Shown here one piece after another: positions 9,010-17,526 of a stretch of 56,671 nt of DNA. Below the pieces are notes generated by a model. The model searched no databases. It was not told the DNA's origin and saw only the letters and a list, made by a program, of their open reading frames with translations. The position numbers and the translations under genes are program-made. The stretch is from an uncultured Aquificales bacterium (lineage in GTDB: Bacteria; Thermosulfidibacterota; Thermosulfidibacteria; Thermosulfidibacterales; Thermosulfidibacteraceae): NCBI GenBank assembly GCA_964411615.1, contig CAYPLO010000004.1, forward strand, positions 1 to 56,671, given 5' to 3'. The first letter of the stretch is position 1; every line of letters begins with the position of its first letter.

Positions 9010-10336
9010 GGTCCACTTTGTGGGCATAGGCGGCATAGGTATGAGTGCCCTTGCCCGCATCCTCATATCCTTGGGGGTGAGGGTTACGGGCTCCGATATC
9101 GCTGAGAACACCAACATTGGGGCGCTTAGGGAGCTTGGAGCCCAGGTGTGGGTCCCTCACGATGCCGCCAAACTTCCCGATGATGTGGAGCTTGTGGTTT
9201 ACACGTCTGCAGTTTCCCGGGACAACCCCGAGCTTGTGGAGGCCTCCTCAAGGGGTGTTCCCCTGATGAGCCGGGGTGAGCTTCTGGCTGAGATTACACG
9301 CCAGAGGGAGAGCCTGATAGTTGCAGGCTCCCATGGCAAGACCACAACCACCGCCCTTCTGGGCAAGATGCTGCTGGACTGTGGCCACTTTCCTACGGTG
9401 ATAGTGGGGGGCAGGGTGAGGGACTTTGACCAGACCAACGCCCTTCTGGGCTCCGGCAACCTTGTGGTTGCAGAAAGCGACGAGAGCGATGGCTCCTTCC
9501 TCATGCTTGAGCCTGCCATAGGGATACTCACAAACGTTGACAGGGAGCATCTCTCCCACTACGGCTCCTTTGAGGGTCTGAAGAGGGCCTTCAGGACCTA
9601 CCTTGAGAGGGTTAAGGAGCACAGGGTTGTCTGCATGGACGATTCCGTCTCCCTTGAATTGTCAAGGGGCCTGGAGTGCATCTACTACTCCGTATCCTCC
9701 CCTTCTGCCCATGTTTACGCCGAGAATATCCTCCTCGGTTCCGGGGGTACCAGATTCACATGCAGGACTCCGTGGGGGAGCTGCCGGTTCTACCTCCCCC
9801 TTCCCGGTATCTACAACGTGGCCAACTGTCTGGCTGCGGTTTCTGCTGCACTGCTGAAGGGTTGCTTCCTGGAGGAGCTTGTGGAGCCTGTGGCCACCTT
9901 CAGGGGTGTGGAGAGAAGACTCACGGTGAGAGGGATGTGCAACGGAGCTGTTCTCGTTGACGATTACGCCCATCATCCCACGGAGATAGTGAACACCCTA
10001 TCTGCGGTCAGGCAGAGGTGGCCGGACAGGAGGGTTGTTGCCGTCTTTCAGCCCCACAGGTTCAGCAGGATGAGGCACCTTTGGAGGGACTTTGTGGGTG
10101 CCTTTGATGGGGCAGACCTGCTCTACGTCACCGATATCTACTCCGCCGGTGAGGCTGCCAACGGCTTCTCCATGGACGGGTTCCTGAAGGAGCTGGCTAC
10201 CAGGAGGGACTTTGTCTACTGCCCCAGCTGGGAGGAGATGGTGGAGCCCTTGAGGAGCCTTCTAACCCCTGGGGACGTCCTCGTTACCTTGGGGGCCGGT
10301 GATATATGGAAGCTCTGCCTGAGGCTTGCGGAGTAG
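8990..10336 (+). CDS. murC: UDP-MurNAc:L-Ala ligase
   Basis: GIGGIGMS, GSHGKTTT, ESDESDGSF, DDYAHHPTE, FQPHRFSR, GAGDI. Confidence 0.96.
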   Translation: MKFPYAKVHFVGIGGIGMSALARILISLGVRVTGSDIAENTNIGALRELGAQVWVPHDAAKLPDDVELVVYTSAVSRDNPELVEASSRGVPLMSRGELLAEITRQRESLIVAGSHGKTTTTALLGKMLLDCGHFPTVIVGGRVRDFDQTNALLGSGNLVVAESDESDGSFLMLEPAIGILTNVDREHLSHYGSFEGLKRAFRTYLERVKEHRVVCMDDSVSLELSRGLECIYYSVSSPSAHVYAENILLGSGGTRFTCRTPWGSCRFYLPLPGIYNVANCLAAVSAALLKGCFLEELVEPVATFRGVERRLTVRGMCNGAVLVDDYAHHPTEIVNTLSAVRQRWPDRRVVAVFQPHRFSRMRHLWRDFVGAFDGADLLYVTDIYSAGEAANGFSMDGFLKELATRRDFVYCPSWEEMVEPLRSLLTPGDVLVTLGAGDIWKLCLRLAE

Positions 10337-11181
10337 AGGGCTACGATAACTTCCCTCTGAATCGCCTCTCCTTTGTGGGGACTGAAGGGGTGGCCCGCCT
10401 TGTCCTCTTTCCCCGGGAGCCTGAGCAGCTGGTTAAGCTGTTGAGGCAATTTGAGTCTCATGGGGTTCCCTTTGTGGTATGCGGGCTCTGTAGCAATACC
10501 CTGTGGGGGGACGGGTATTTCAACGGGGCGGTGGTCTGCACAAGAGATATGGGGGAGATTGAGGTTGATGGGGATAGGGTCCTTTGCCACGCCGGGGTGA
10601 GGAACTCTAAGTTTCTGAAGGTGTGCAGGGATGCAGGGCTTACGGGGTGGGAGCCCCTCTGGGGGATTCCCGGAACCGTCGGTGCCTCTGTGGCCGTGAA
10701 CTCTGGGGCCTTTGGCAGAAGCTACGGAGAGCTTGTGGAGTGGGTGGAGTGCTACCGGGATGGGGAGGTGTTGCGCCTCAAAAAAGATGAGATAGCGTTC
10801 TATTATAGGGGGTCAAGCCTCAGGGGCACGGTGGTTCTGAGGGTCTGTTTCAGACTGACCGTGGGCACCTTTGATGCTGAAACCCTTGAGAATGTGGCTA
10901 TCAGCAGGAGGGAACGTTTCCCCTCTGGCAGGACCCTTGGCTCTGTTTTTAAAAACCCGTCTCCTTTTTATGCGGGAAAGCTTATTGAAGAGGCGGGACT
11001 CAAAGGGTATAGTATGGGACGGGTAAAGGTTTCGGACAAGCACGGCAACTTCATAATCTCTTTTAAAGGGGCTACCGCTAAGGACTACGTTGGACTTGTC
11101 AACTTGGTGAAGGAGAGGGTCTTCTCCCTCTTTGGCGTGGTGCTCCGTGAGGAGATTGTGTATGCGGGAGCGTTCTCTTAG
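10306..11181 (+). CDS. murB: UDP-N-acetylenolpyruvoylglucosamine reductase
   Basis: GIPGTVG...NSGAFG, YRGS, GSVFKNP, KHGNFI. Confidence 0.9.
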   Translation: MEALPEACGVEGYDNFPLNRLSFVGTEGVARLVLFPREPEQLVKLLRQFESHGVPFVVCGLCSNTLWGDGYFNGAVVCTRDMGEIEVDGDRVLCHAGVRNSKFLKVCRDAGLTGWEPLWGIPGTVGASVAVNSGAFGRSYGELVEWVECYRDGEVLRLKKDEIAFYYRGSSLRGTVVLRVCFRLTVGTFDAETLENVAISRRERFPSGRTLGSVFKNPSPFYAGKLIEEAGLKGYSMGRVKVSDKHGNFIISFKGATAKDYVGLVNLVKERVFSLFGVVLREEIVYAGAFS

Positions 11182-12076
11182 GGTGGGGGTTCTGCTGGGA
11201 GGCACCTCATCGGAGAGGGAGGTCTCCTTGAAGTCCGGTAGAGCAGTTGCCGAGGCCCTCAAAAGGCGTGGATACCGGGTGGTTGAGATAGACCCCGCCT
11301 CTGGCCTGTGGGAGCAGCTTGAGGGTGTGGATGTGGCCTGTGTGGTGCTTCACGGCAAGCCCGGTGAGGATGGTGTTATCCAGGGGGTGCTGGAGTTTAA
11401 GGGTATTCCCTACACAGGTCCCAGGGTCCTTGGAGCGGCCTTGGGGATGAACAAGCTGGTTGCCAAGAAGGTGGCCTCTTTCCACGGGGTAAGGACCCCC
11501 AAGTTCAGGGTGGTCAGACGCAGTGGAGAGGTCCTTCCTGGTGAGGATGCCTTAGAGGAGGACCACTTCCCCGTGGTGGTGAAGCCTGTGGATGAGGGTT
11601 CCACCATAGGGGTGTCTGTTGCTCATGGCCCGGATGAGCTTGAGGAGGCCCTTGAGAGGGCCTTTGAATACAGCGATGAGGTTCTCGTGGAGGAGTACAT
11701 ACCTGGAAGGGAGCTTACCGTGGGGGTTCTGGGGGATACCCCACTGCCCGTCATAGAGATAAGGCCAAAGAAGGGATTTTACGACTACGAGAGCAAGTAC
11801 ACCAAGGGCATGACCGAGTATCTGGTGCCTGCGCCGATTCCCCCTGAGGTTGAGGAGCTGGCAAAACGATGGGCTCTGGTTATGCACAGGGCCCTGTACC
11901 AGAGGGGAGTCTCCCGTAGCGACTTCAGGCTTTCCGATGACGGAAGCCTCTACTTCCTGGAGGTGAACTCCATTCCGGGTCTCACCGAGACCTCTCTCCT
12001 TCCCAAGGCAGCGGGGTGTGCAGGTATCTCCTTTGATGAGCTTGCAGAAAGACTTTTGAAAACCGCCTTTGATTGA
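11162..12076 (+). CDS. ddl: D-Ala-D-Ala ligase
   Basis: GGTSSEREVSL, LHGKPGEDG, YDYESKY, LEVNSIPG; in-frame ATG at 11162. Confidence 0.95.
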   Translation: MRERSLRVGVLLGGTSSEREVSLKSGRAVAEALKRRGYRVVEIDPASGLWEQLEGVDVACVVLHGKPGEDGVIQGVLEFKGIPYTGPRVLGAALGMNKLVAKKVASFHGVRTPKFRVVRRSGEVLPGEDALEEDHFPVVVKPVDEGSTIGVSVAHGPDELEEALERAFEYSDEVLVEEYIPGRELTVGVLGDTPLPVIEIRPKKGFYDYESKYTKGMTEYLVPAPIPPEVEELAKRWALVMHRALYQRGVSRSDFRLSDDGSLYFLEVNSIPGLTETSLLPKAAGCAGISFDELAERLLKTAFD

Positions 12077-12090
12077 GGAGGTGTTCAGAA

Positions 12091-13233
12091 ATGGTGGATA
12101 GATTTGAGGTCGTTGAGGATGGGCGTTCGGGTGCCCGGATAAAGGTTATAGGGGTGGGCGGTGCTGGTGGGAATGCCCTCAACAACATGGTGGAGCATGG
12201 CCTTTCCGGTGTTGAGTTTGTGGCGATTAACACCGATGTGCAGGCCCTGGCCCAGTGTAAGGACGGTGTTAGAACCCTCCAGATAGGGGAGAGGGTGACG
12301 GGAGGCCTTGGGGCCGGTAACGACCCGGATAAGGGGAAGAGGGCTGCGGAGGAGAGTGAGTCGGACCTTATTGAGCTTTTAAGCGATGGAACCAACATGG
12401 TCTTCATAACGGCCGGACTGGGAGGGGGTACTGGGACAGGTGCCTCTCCCGTTATCGCCCGCATAGCCAAGGAGATGGGGATACTCACCGTGGCCGTTGT
12501 GACCAAGCCCTTCTCCTGGGAGATGAAGAACAGGAAGATGAACGCCGAAAGGGGCCTTGAGGAGCTGAGGGAGCACGTGGATGCAATGATAGTGATACAG
12601 AACGACAGGGTCCTTGTGGATAAGACCATAAGGCTCATAGACGCATTCAAGAAGATAGACGATGTGCTCAGGCAGGGGGTCCAGAGCATAACCGACATCA
12701 TAAACGTCCCCGGATACATAAATGCGGACTTCAACGATGTTAAGAGCGTTATGGAGAACAGGGGAATGGCCCTCATGGCTATCGCTGAATCCTCGGGGGA
12801 GAACAGGAGCGAGGAGGTTGTAAAGAGCGCCATAGACAATCCTCTGGTGGAGTGTAGCGGTATAAGGGGGGCCAAGGGCATTCTGTACAACATAACCAGC
12901 GGGTACGACTTCAGCCTGGGGGAGTTTGAGACCATAGGCAATCTGATAAAGGAGGAGGTTGGGGAGGAGGCCTCCCTCATATTTGGCTGGGTCACCGATG
13001 AGAGGATGGAGGGAAGGGTTAGGCTCACCATCATAGCCACAGGCTTTGAGGAGAATGGTAACGGTGTCAGACCTGCCAGGAAGCGCTTTGACCCCGAGGT
13101 GAGGGAGAGGATATTCAGAGAGAGCATAGAGGCCTCCCGTATGAGGGGGCTTCTGGGTGTGGACTCTGGAGCCGAGGAGGTGGTTAATACCACCATCCCC
13201 GGTGTTCTCAAGAACTTTCTCCAGGGCACTTGA
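12091..13233 (+). CDS. ftsZ: Cell division protein FtsZ
   Basis: GVGGAGGNA, NTDVQAL, GLGAG, GGGTGTG tubulin signature, INADFNDV; ATG at 12091 after GAGGAGG. Confidence 0.96.
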   Translation: MVDRFEVVEDGRSGARIKVIGVGGAGGNALNNMVEHGLSGVEFVAINTDVQALAQCKDGVRTLQIGERVTGGLGAGNDPDKGKRAAEESESDLIELLSDGTNMVFITAGLGGGTGTGASPVIARIAKEMGILTVAVVTKPFSWEMKNRKMNAERGLEELREHVDAMIVIQNDRVLVDKTIRLIDAFKKIDDVLRQGVQSITDIINVPGYINADFNDVKSVMENRGMALMAIAESSGENRSEEVVKSAIDNPLVECSGIRGAKGILYNITSGYDFSLGEFETIGNLIKEEVGEEASLIFGWVTDERMEGRVRLTIIATGFEENGNGVRPARKRFDPEVRERIFRESIEASRMRGLLGVDSGAEEVVNTTIPGVLKNFLQGT

Positions 13234-14741
13234 TATCCCGCAGGCTCCTCAACAGCTGGCGTTCCTACAGGGATACCGAGAGGCTTCTCGTTGAGCTTAC
13301 CCCCTCCTGGAGCCTCTCGGTGCTTCTTGTGTTTCCAAACCTCTACAGCGTGGGGGTATCAAACTTAGGGTTCCAGACCGTCTTCAGGCTCCTGAACACC
13401 TCGGGATTCCTCTGCGACCTCCTATACCTTCCCGATGATGCGGTCATCCCCGAGATAGAGGATGGATATGAACTTGCCTCCTTCTATTTGGAGAGGACCC
13501 CCAGGGAGTTTGATGTTATCATCTTCAGCATCAGCTTTGAGAACGACCTCATCAATGTGGTGAAGCTGCTAAACCTCATGGGGATTCCCCCTCTGGCCTC
13601 GGATAGGGGTGAGGAGTATCCCCTGATTATGGCCGGAGGCATCGTCCCCACCGCCAACCCTGAGCCCTTCGCTCCTATCTTTGACCTCATATACCTGGGA
13701 GAGGCGGAGGCGGGGCTGATTGAGGTGCTCTCCCTTCTGGCCGATGCTTCCGATAAAGAGGCATTTCTGCAGAAGGTGGATGAGCTTCCCTTTGCGTATG
13801 TCCCTTCCCTGCATGAGGCTGCAGGAAAGCCCTTTTTGGTGCCCAAGGGTCTGGAGAAGAAAAGGGCTCACTGGTCCAGCTTCTCCGTTGAGGGCAACTC
13901 ATCCTGCATAGTTTCACCCCACAACACCTTCGGTGGGGCCTACATCGTTGAGGTGTCCAGGGGCTGTCCCAGACGCTGCAGGTTCTGCTTGGCTTCTCAT
14001 GTATGCAGACCGGTGAGGTTCGTGAAGCCCGATGTCATGAAGGGGCTTGTGGCCTCGTCCCCTGTGGATAAGGTCGGGCTTATGGGCACATCCGTCTCGG
14101 ACCACAGGGGTATTCCAGAGGTTCTCAGGGCCTTTCCGAATACGGCCTTCTCCTTCTCATCTGTGAGGGCCGATGCAGATTACGCCTTCTTTGACGCCTT
14201 AGCATCGTCCGGGGCGAGGACCCTAACCTTGGGGATTGAGGCGGCCTCCTACAGGCTTAGGAGGCTCATAGGGAAGGATATAGAGGACGGCGTGATATAC
14301 GAGCTTGTTGGGCGCTATGCTGAGAAGTTTTCTGTGCTCAAGCTCTACTTCATGGTGGGGCTTCCAGGGGAGACCGAGGAGGATATAGAGGCCTTCGCCC
14401 CCTTTGTGGCAGGCATAAGAGAACTGTTTGGTGGCAGAATCTCTCTGAGTATAGCTCCCTTTGTGCCCAAGCCATTCACCCCCTTTGAGAGGGAGCCCTT
14501 TGCGGGGGTCTCCGTTCTGAAGAAGAGAATAAGACTCGTTAAAAGGGCCGTCTCCTCCCTGCCCAATGTTGTTGTTAACCATGAGCTACCCAAGTGGTCC
14601 CAGGTGCAGGCCCTCATATCCCGTGGGGATAGGAGGGTGGGTCTCTACTACTCGGGGGCCCTCAGGGGGCTGGATAGGAGCCTCTACTTGGAGGGGATAC
14701 CGGAGGATGCGGAACTACCCTGGTCCTTCGTGAGGATTTGA
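13230..14741 (+). CDS. Radical SAM protein with B12-binding-like N-terminal domain
   Basis: FPNLY.VGVSNLG, GG...ANPEP, GEAE, SRGCPRRCRFC (CxxxCxxC), KLYFMVGLPGET, FVPKPFTPF. Confidence 0.85.
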   Translation: MISRRLLNSWRSYRDTERLLVELTPSWSLSVLLVFPNLYSVGVSNLGFQTVFRLLNTSGFLCDLLYLPDDAVIPEIEDGYELASFYLERTPREFDVIIFSISFENDLINVVKLLNLMGIPPLASDRGEEYPLIMAGGIVPTANPEPFAPIFDLIYLGEAEAGLIEVLSLLADASDKEAFLQKVDELPFAYVPSLHEAAGKPFLVPKGLEKKRAHWSSFSVEGNSSCIVSPHNTFGGAYIVEVSRGCPRRCRFCLASHVCRPVRFVKPDVMKGLVASSPVDKVGLMGTSVSDHRGIPEVLRAFPNTAFSFSSVRADADYAFFDALASSGARTLTLGIEAASYRLRRLIGKDIEDGVIYELVGRYAEKFSVLKLYFMVGLPGETEEDIEAFAPFVAGIRELFGGRISLSIAPFVPKPFTPFEREPFAGVSVLKKRIRLVKRAVSSLPNVVVNHELPKWSQVQALISRGDRRVGLYYSGALRGLDRSLYLEGIPEDAELPWSFVRI

Positions 14742-15346
14742 AGCTTGAGTCTTCTGGCAATCTCCAGTAGCCTTGCCCTATCCCGGGACTTGACCCTGCA
14801 CACTATCCTGTACTCAACAGGTCCCGGCCTTTTAAGCACCACCTCCTCAAGGGATGGGCTTATCCCCATCTCTTTCAGGGTCCTCACCGCCAGAGCTATC
14901 CTTTTTGGGTCTGCGTACGAGCCCGCCACAACTAAGTAGAATCCTCCCCTTCTCATAAACCAGGGGTTGAGGGAAGGATTCCTTCTTTTTATCCTTCTGG
15001 CGAGAATCACCGCCTCTTTTCTGCTTTTGACTTTTCCCGCCACCACCCTCGTGAGCTTCAGTCTCTTCTGCACCTTGGTCACGCTCATGCTGAGGCAGGT
15101 ATCTTTTAAGGTGTTGTCTGGCTCCTTTCTGCTTACAAGGACCACCTCCTCTACCTTGGGCTTCTCTTTGGGCCTTTCGGGTCTGGTTCTGGGCTCTTCC
15201 ACCTCAAACTCTGCAAGCTTCACTATCTTGGTCTTCTCCTGAGCCTTTTTAGCCCTGCTTTTCTTCGTCTTCAGCAGATAACCGCCTGATGCCGCCGCCA
15301 CTATGAGGGGGGTTGCGATGAGGACGGCCAGGAGCGGCCTGTTCAA
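14684..15346 (-). CDS. Membrane-anchored SPOR-domain-like protein (start may be CTG at 15418)
   Basis: N-terminal hydrophobic segment, Lys/Glu linker, then YLVVAGSYAD...A...LK..G resembling a SPOR repeat. Confidence 0.55.
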   Translation of the reverse strand: MNRPLLAVLIATPLIVAAASGGYLLKTKKSRAKKAQEKTKIVKLAEFEVEEPRTRPERPKEKPKVEEVVLVSRKEPDNTLKDTCLSMSVTKVQKRLKLTRVVAGKVKSRKEAVILARRIKRRNPSLNPWFMRRGGFYLVVAGSYADPKRIALAVRTLKEMGISPSLEEVVLKRPGPVEYRIVCRVKSRDRARLLEIARRLKLQILTKDQGSSASSGIPSK

Positions 15347-15410
15347 CCGCTCCTGGTTTATCTCCCTGAACAGCCTCTCCCTGTTGTCCTCCCTGATGTC
15401 AAAGGCGAAC

Positions 15411-17480
15411 CTACTCAGCCTTGGCCTCCTTGGCCTTCTCCAGTATCTCCTTGGCTATGTGGGCGGGCACCTCCTCGTAGTGGGAGAACTCCATGGAGTA
15501 GCTTCCCCTTCCTCCTGTGAGGGACCTGAGCTCCGGAGCGTATGTCAGCACTTCAGCCAGGGGGACCAGCGCCTTTATTATCTGGTTCTTGCCCTTGGCC
15601 TCCACCCCCATTATCTTCCCCCTCTTGGCGTTCAGGTCCCCTATGACGTCTCCCACGCACTCATCGGGAACTATCACCTCCATCTTCATGATGGGCTCAA
15701 GGAGCACGGGCTTCGCCTTTGCCATTCCCTCCTTAAAGGCCATGGATGCCGCTATCTGGAAGGCCAGGTCCGATGAGTCGACGGGGTGGTGCTTCCCGTC
15801 GTAGAGGGTCACCTTCACATCCACCACGGGGTAACCCGCCAGAACTCCCTCTTCCATGGCCTTTCGGACACCCTTCTCCACAGAGGGGATGTACTGTCTG
15901 GGCACCACCCCTCCCACTATCTCCTCCTTGAACTCAAATCCCGCTCCCCTGGGGAGGGGTTCAAGCCTGAGCCATACCACGCCGTACTGGCCACGCCCGC
16001 CGCTCTGCTTTACGTATCTCCCCTGCACCTCTGCCTTACCCTTTATGGTCTCCTTGTAAGGAACCTTGGGCGTCTGTAGCTCCACCTCAACCCCGTATCT
16101 GCGTTTCATCTTGCTCACCACCGTCTCTATGTGCATCTGCCCCAGTCCGGAGATGAGAAGCTCCTTGGTCTGCGGGTCCCTCCTCACCTCAAGGGACATA
16201 TCCTCCTCAAGGGCCCTCTGGAGGGCCGTTGATATCTTCTCCTCGTCGGAGCGGCTCTTGGCCTTTATGGCGTAGGAGATGATGGGCTGGGGGAACTCTA
16301 TCTCGGGGAACTGAACGGGATTTGCTGGGTCGCACAGGGTGTCTCCCGTTCTGGTCTCCTTCAGCTTTGGAATTGCCACAATGTCCCCTGCCACCAGCTC
16401 AGGCGCCGGCTTCTGCTCCTTCCCAATCATGAAGAAGGGCTTGGAGAGCTTCTCCTTCACATCCCTGTTGGGGTTGAGCACGGTGGTGTCGGGACTCGCC
16501 TTTCCCGAAAAGACCCGTACGAGGGATATTTTGCCTGCGTAGGGGTCCGATATGGTCTTGAAGACCAGGGCGGAGAAGGGCTCATCCACCGAAGGCTTCC
16601 TCTCAACCTCCTCCCCCGTTTCGGGATTTATACCCTTCACAGGTGGCCTCTCGTAGGGGGATGGGAGCAGCTCCACAATCTTGTCCAAGAGCAGATTCAC
16701 CCCCTTGTTCTCTATGGCTGAGCCCACCATAACGGGGAAGAGGGTCCCTGCCAGTATGGCCTCCTTGAAGGCGGCTATGAGCTCCTCCCGGCTCAGCTCC
16801 TCTCCCTCAAGGTACTTCTCCAGCAGCTCGTCCTTGGTCTCGGCGATGTTCTCTATCAGGGCCTCCCTCATGCTCTCTATGGTGTCCGCCATGCTCTCCG
16901 GGACATCCCCCTCCTCAACACCGCCATCTTTGAAGTAAAGGGCCTTCCTTCCCAGAAGGTTGTATATCCCCACGAAGTTTTCTCCTTCCATTATGGGAAT
17001 CTGTATGGGGGTGGGCTTTATCCCCAGGCTCTCTTTTATGTCCTCAAGGGTCTTCTCAAAGTTTGCCGTGGGCTTGTCAAACTCGTTGATGAAGATGATT
17101 CTCGGCATGTTGTATCTGTCCATGGCGCTCCAGAGCTTCTCCGTCTGCACCTTAACCCCATCAACGGCGGATACCAGCACAACGGCACCGTCCACCACCC
17201 TCAGTGCCCCGTAGGTGTCGGATATGAAGTTGGCGTATCCGGGGGTGTCTACGAGGTTGATGCGGCACTTGTTCCAGGTGAACTGGGCCACTGCCAGCTG
17301 GAGCGATGAGCCCCTCTCCTTCTCCTCGTCGTCGTAGTCCATAACGGTGTTGCCGTCGGCCACACTTCCCATACGGGATATGACCCCCGCCGTGTATAAC
17401 ATGGCTTCGGCAAGGGTGGTTTTGCCCGAGCCCCCGTGGGCGAATAGACCAACATTTCTGATGTCAGGCCCTTTCCCCAT
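15411..17480 (-). CDS. fusA: Elongation factor G paralog (EF-G2 type)
   Basis: Full EF-G layout: HGGSGKTT, DTPGY, GLGQMH, QSGGRGQYG, HPVDSS, LLEPIM. It lies outside the rpsL-rpsG operon and has non-canonical G motifs. Confidence 0.9.
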   Translation of the reverse strand: MGKGPDIRNVGLFAHGGSGKTTLAEAMLYTAGVISRMGSVADGNTVMDYDDEEKERGSSLQLAVAQFTWNKCRINLVDTPGYANFISDTYGALRVVDGAVVLVSAVDGVKVQTEKLWSAMDRYNMPRIIFINEFDKPTANFEKTLEDIKESLGIKPTPIQIPIMEGENFVGIYNLLGRKALYFKDGGVEEGDVPESMADTIESMREALIENIAETKDELLEKYLEGEELSREELIAAFKEAILAGTLFPVMVGSAIENKGVNLLLDKIVELLPSPYERPPVKGINPETGEEVERKPSVDEPFSALVFKTISDPYAGKISLVRVFSGKASPDTTVLNPNRDVKEKLSKPFFMIGKEQKPAPELVAGDIVAIPKLKETRTGDTLCDPANPVQFPEIEFPQPIISYAIKAKSRSDEEKISTALQRALEEDMSLEVRRDPQTKELLISGLGQMHIETVVSKMKRRYGVEVELQTPKVPYKETIKGKAEVQGRYVKQSGGRGQYGVVWLRLEPLPRGAGFEFKEEIVGGVVPRQYIPSVEKGVRKAMEEGVLAGYPVVDVKVTLYDGKHHPVDSSDLAFQIAASMAFKEGMAKAKPVLLEPIMKMEVIVPDECVGDVIGDLNAKRGKIMGVEAKGKNQIIKALVPLAEVLTYAPELRSLTGGRGSYSMEFSHYEEVPAHIAKEILEKAKEAKAE

Positions 17481-17526
17481 GATGCATCCCCCTTGGAGGT
17501 TTGGTGTAGAACGCCTTTAGAATAGA

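Noticed and set aside
5646..13229. Long antisense ORFs (e.g. 5646-6599, 11982-13229)
   Set aside because: They are shadow frames of conserved genes with no recognisable motifs.
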